Source: Eledone cirrhosa (taxonomy: Eukaryota). From it: DNA of 64,000 nucleotides. The notes below the pieces were generated by a model. The model searched no databases. It was not told the DNA's origin and worked only from the letters and a program-made list of their open reading frames with translations. The DNA lies in the NCBI GenBank assembly GCA_964016885.1, contig OZ024745.1, positions 22,072,001 to 22,136,000 of the forward strand, in the 5' to 3' direction. Shown here one piece after another: positions 58,227-64,000 of the stretch. The position numbers and the translations under genes were made by a program. Within the stretch, counting starts at the first letter, position 1. Each line of letters begins with the position of its first letter.

Positions 58227-60361
58227 TTTGTAAGGAAACACAGGACGTTGAGTGCTTAAATGAGAGGAAAAGGGAAGAAAGAGCAAGGATTGTTAAGTAA
58301 CGAAAGGGTGGAGATGAGAGCGAGACAGTCTCTACACCTAAGTCAGAATGGTGATTCGGTTGTATTCCGCCGACAAAATGACAAAGGCCTTGTCATGGGC
58401 AGTGGCCAGCGACATGCGATGCAACAGCCACCCCACCTCGCAGGGCTCCTTCCTCGGATGGGCTGCTGTCATTCCGATTTGATGTGATATAATAGTGGAA
58501 AAAAGCGAAATCCTTTATGTTCCTCTCCAAAAGCAGAAATATGCGTAATAATTCTTTCTAACAATGTCAGAATGCCAGTAATTTGGTGAAAAGGGAAAAT
58601 CGATCATATCGACCCCAGTATTTAACTGATATTTTATTTTATCGATAAAAGGCAAAGCTAACCACGACGGAATTCGAACTCAGTTTCTCATTTTGACACA
58701 AAGCCAACAATTTTGTGGAAGGGGCAGGTCGATTAAATCGACCTCAGTGTGTTACTGGTACTTTATTTTATTGACCCCGTAAGGATGAAAGGAAAAGCTC
58801 ACCTCGGCTGAATTTGAACTACTGTCAATCCACCGCCCTTAAGTGTTCAGAAACAATGAAAGGTATTAGTATTATTATGGTGTTGCAGAAAAGTATGAAA
58901 ATAGTGTCGAATACAGGCGAAGGAAAATAATAAAAGCAATGAAGTTTGGCTTACAAACTGAGACATAAACGATTAGAGACAGGATACAATAGTATTCAAT
59001 TTCAAAATTATCACGATGACGCAAACCCATCGACAAAATATGTAAAAACAAAAATAGAAGCAAAAATATTGAAGATACGAAACCGGAAAACCCCAGATTG
59101 GTATGTGGTTCAAGAGATCTGGCTTACATATTTTATTAGCATGAATCTGGGCTTCATAGATAACTTATTTAATACTTAATAGATATGTCAACACAGATGA
59201 CAGACTTGAAAATTGATCTTCATAAAGAAGGATAAATGAAAAATGACTGAAATCATCAACTACACACCTGTCATATGTTATATAAACCTATCATCACTTA
59301 TATAGAATCTTATTGAATTGGTTGAAAAATATACTACTGCAGCACTTACAGGTCTTGTAACCAGGTGTTGCATTTTCAATCCGGCACCACGTAGCCTTCC
59401 TTTGGCCCTGAAACCTGAATACTTGGTGTTATAAACCCGCATATCTGGCTGTAAATTAACCTTCTAATCCAGTATCTAAAGAGCTGGTCGACAGTCATGT
59501 TTTCAACCACTTGCCTAAGGTCTGCGCTTTTGATCTCAGCCCTTTTGGTATTGTTAGTTGTTCACTGGAGACATCTCGTATGAAAGATCTTCCTCACACC
59601 GAGTGCTACAAATAACATTGTACTGGTGGAAATGTATTATATGAAATACTGTTAACAAAGAATGACTAAGAAATACCATATCAGACATTAGAAAGATAGG
59701 ACTGAGACGTTCTTATAACAACTCAATATCCACAATGATTTGCTGTACCAGTATTGATACCAACGATTGATATATGTGACTTGATTTAGAGGGAAAATCC
59801 TCCCTATACATATTAAAACCTGGACAATTTCTGGCATCAGATAGAAGCTTCCACAACTTTCCTTTTCTCTTTATCCACTGATTTCTGTCCTTAGAGGTAT
59901 TTCTACCTGAATTACATGCTGTTGTCATTGGCGCCATTCGGCTGTTTTAACAGTTATTCCTCGCGTTATAAGTTTCAATTTATTCTTATGCAAATAAATA
60001 AATTTATTCCATGAACTTGGGGGTTGATGCTAACGTGGACAGGAAGTGTAGCTTCTTATGGATCTTGTCACTGTTACACTTTTGAGGTTATATGTATTTA
60101 CAATTGAAGAGCAGCATATATTTTCTTTACTCATTTCGTTCAGCTGTTTCCTATCTATTTCTGGATGAAGCCTTAGCGTGGTGTTAATGGTTTATCTACG
60201 CTGGAGATATCTACAAAATTCTTTACGAACAAAAAAGAACAAAGAAGAGAGCTAAAATGCATATTATGTCATATTTCAGTGCAAGATACTACACATGTGA
60301 CTAACAGATTTCCCAGTATATATATGTATGTATTTATCCATCTCTCTCTCTCGCTCTCGCC

Positions 60362-60458
<97 letters not shown>

Positions 60459-60469
60459 CTATTTGCTCA

Positions 60470-60793
60470 TATATAGGAGCTACTTCTAACAATTTTAAGG
60501 TAAGGTTTAATACCCACAAACATAGTTTTAAAAATGCCGCACTGGCTAATACAACATCTCTATCAGAAAAAATTAATAGTTATAGAAAGAGGAATATAGA
60601 ATATGATATGACCTGGAGTGTGCTCAAAAGAGCCACCCCTTATCAAAATAATAGAAATGAATGTAGATTGTGTTCCCAAGAACTATTTGAAATAATGAAA
60701 TCTAAGGATATCCTATTAAATAAGCGACAGGAACTAATTATATCGTGTAATCATAAACTGAGAAAAACATTTAAATATTATAAACCTAATTAA
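60470..60793 (+). pseudogene. Penelope-like element GIY-YIG endonuclease C-terminal fragment, 5'-truncated at a (TA)n/(GA)n tract
   Basis: YIGATSNNFKVRFNTHKHSF..TSLS..TWSVL..CRLCSQE..LLNKRQELIISCNH. Confidence 0.85.
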
Positions 60794-61750
60794 TAATATA
60801 TATTTTAGAAATTAATATATAAATTAATTTAAATGTAGTTAAACTATAATTTTAATTTAATTAAAATTCTACTACAGATGAAATTAAAAAATATCGTATA
60901 ATCATAAAATGTGAAAAACTTTTAAATATTATTAACATAATTAATATATACTTTGGAAATTAATATATAGATTAATTTTAGTTTATTTAACCTTTTATTA
61001 AAATTCCTTTACAGATGAAATATAACAAAATATCGTGTAATCAATAACAGAGAAATACTTTTTAATATTATAAACCTAATTAATATACAATTTAGAAATT
61101 AATTTATAAATTAATTTTAATTTAGTTAACCTATAATTTTAATTTAGTTAGCTTAAAATTAAAATTCTAATACAGATGGATTGCAGAATATCGTGTAATC
61201 ATAAACTGAGAAAAACTTTTAAATATATACCTAATTAATATATTCTTTACAAATAAATATATAGATTAATTTTAATTTAGTTAACCTATAATTATATTCT
61301 ATTATAGATAAAATACAAAATTTTGCTTTAATTATTATAAACCTAATTAACATATACTATAGAAATTAATATATAATTTTTTATTTAGTTAACCTATAAT
61401 TAATATTCTACTACCGATGAAATACTTAATTTGGCTTTCCCTATTACAAAATTCATTTCCTAAAATTGATACCATCATGTTAATATTTTTAATTTAGTTA
61501 TGCTATAATTAATACTCTACTACTGTTTAACTTCAAAATTCCGCTTTAAATATTATAAACCTAAGTAGTATACACCTTAGAAATTAATATATTAACTATT
61601 TTTACTTTAATTAACCTATAATTAATAGTCTACTTCTATTAAAATGCATAATTTAGCCTTCTTTCTTACAAATACCATTTCCTAATACTGACACTACTAT
61701 GTAAACACATATTATGATTTAAATGTAGATTAATATTCTATGTTCCTTGA
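60741..61750 (+). repeat. Degenerate AT-rich tandem repeat (unit about 140-155 bp) in the PLE 3' region
   Basis: TATCGTGTAATCATAAACTGAGAAAAAC-like starts at about 60741, 60892, 61031 and 61188, decaying afterwards. Confidence 0.8.
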
Positions 61751-61799
61751 AACCTATATTTACTATTTCCCACTAATAATTTTAATCCCCCCCCCCATA

Positions 61800-61918
61800 A
61801 TTATTCGTATTTGTAAGCGTGGATGTATGTATGTGTATGTAAGTATGTATGTATGTTTGTGTGTTTGTATGTGAGTATAAAAATACATATGTGCGCATGT
61901 AAATAAGTGTGTATGAGT

Positions 61919-61954
<36 letters not shown>

Positions 61955-62046
61955 GTGTATGTATGTATGTGTATGTATATGTATTTGTAGAGATGTGTGT
62001 ATGTATGTGTATATATGTGCATAATTGTCTGACTGTGTGTATTTAT

Positions 62047-62138
<92 letters not shown>

Positions 62139-62382
62139 GTGTGTGTGTGTATGTATGTCTCTATATTTATGTATGTCTGAGTGTGTGTGTGTGTGTGGTT
62201 GTGTGTATATATACATGGGTATGTGTGTGTATGTATATATATGTATATGTATGTGTGTGTGTGTATATATATATATGTGTGTATATATATGTGTGTATAT
62301 ATATATGTATATATATATATATATGTATGTGTATGTATGTGTGTATGTGTGTGTACATATATGTATATATGTGTGTTGTGTG

Positions 62383-62444
<62 letters not shown>

Positions 62445-62600
62445 TGTATTTATATGTATGAGTATATGTTTTACTTGTTTTTATGTATATGCATACAAAC
62501 AGGTTAATATGCGTGAGGTTAAGTATGTGTATATGTGTGTGTGTACGTATGTATGTATCGAACGTATGGATGTGTAAATGTGCGTATGTATATAAGCATG
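61800..62600. repeat. Compound (TA)n/(TG)n microsatellite
   Basis: Directly visible. Confidence 0.9.
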
Positions 62601-62836
62601 TATATTTTATATCTATCTTTTATGTTTTTTTTATGTTTTTATTATATTTCTTTTATTATATTTCTTTTTATTTCTAACTTTATAGATACATTTTTATAAA
62701 TATGCTGACTTTGACACTCTCCTTTAATTAATTACTCCCTACCTCCTTTTAATTCTGCATCTAAATGTAAGTGTGTGTGGCCGTGTTTATGTGTGCGCCT
62801 CAATATCCATATAGTTATAATAATAATATATACGTA

Positions 62837-62870
<34 letters not shown>

Positions 62871-63429
62871 TGTGTTCGTATGTATGTGTGTGTTTATGTA
62901 TATATGCGTGTGTGTGTATGAATGTATGTATATGTGTGTATATGTGTATGTGTATATATATATGTATATGTATGTATATTTTGTCTGTGGATTATAAACA
63001 TACAGAGACATTAGCCCTAAATTTTTATATTTACATACACTTTTCCGACATGCGTATGCATGTGAACATACATTTTTATGCATATCTGTGAACGAAGTTA
63101 CTTACATATATACACACACCTAACTGTATTTTCTTGATGAATTTTTATGTATTTCATTGGTCTATTTAAAATATGTTCCCAAACAGACCTGTAATTTTGA
63201 ATTGTTGTTATTATCAATAAATATACTTCATTATTTCTGAAGACAGCATATATATGTGATGGTATGTATATCCTCCTTGATAGTTTGTATAATTTTGTAC
63301 ATAGATCTTTTGAATATGCATGCCAATTCTAACACATATATGTCCTAGAAACGATCGTTAAATAATGAACTCTTTTTGTTTAATATAAGGAACTCTTTCT
63401 TTGTTTTATTCATTATTTTTTTTAATATT

Positions 63430-63464
<35 letters not shown>

Positions 63465-63465
63465 T

Positions 63466-63570
<105 letters not shown>

Positions 63571-63659
63571 GTTCAGTATGTGTGTATATGTTTGACATCT
63601 GAACGAGTATCCTCCACCTCCAACTAACTTACCCTCCACATCTTGGTCCCGGCCGATAG

Positions 63660-63823
63660 GATGGAGAATATATCATCCCGGAAGACAGCGAGGAAGACGA
63701 GCTGGGACAGCTATTCCACCACACGTACCTGCGGACAGCCCACTCCACTCCAATATCAGAGTAAGGATGGGGTCCGGGTAGGAGGGGAGGGAGGACACAA
63801 GAAATACTGTACCAATACAATCC
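63660..63823 (+). other. Candidate host exon
   Basis: CTAAC branch-like motif near 63624, TAG acceptor at 63657-63659, an open frame throughout, GTAAGT donor at 63824; unique GC-rich sequence. Confidence 0.35.
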
Positions 63824-64000
63824 GTAAGTGGAACATTAATAACATATAAAACTTTTCTAAAGTTCAGCATGTAACTCTTCACCATTTTTCCCAAGTGTTA
63901 ATATCGAACTCCCTCGGGGGATTGGCAGTATCGGTAGAAGATCGGACGCCATGCTTTGCAGCATAGAGTTACGCCCCTTTATGGTCTGAGTTCAAATCCC

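Overview
This is an AT-rich, repeat-saturated eukaryotic window. Its SINE and microsatellite content looks like a cephalopod (Octopus-like) intergenic or intronic region, but the organism is my inference. Almost every listed ORF is a (TA)n/(TG)n/(GGT)n translation artefact. The real coding sequence is all transposon-derived: a young L1/Tx1-type LINE with an intact 1148-aa ORF2 and an 11-bp TSD (43064-47223, -), a 5'-truncated RTE LINE with C-terminal C2H2 fingers (4940-6270, -), and two Penelope-like (GIY-YIG) remnants (48861-49570 -, 60470-60793 +). There are also non-autonomous RTE derivatives, two abundant SINE families, a non-autonomous Helitron and an hAT-like MITE. The main hidden signal lies in the short unique islands embedded in (TA)n tracts. 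They carry about 20 type I minimal hammerhead ribozyme motifs from roughly ten unrelated sequence families, including a U3-A8 compensatory core variant. Many islands are head-to-head palindromes whose fold-back point lies at or near hammerhead stem II. This suggests a (TA)n-targeting, ribozyme-bearing, non-autonomous Penelope/retrozyme-like system. No host gene is confidently visible; there is one candidate exon at 63660-63823. All RNA structures were folded by eye and none has been tested.
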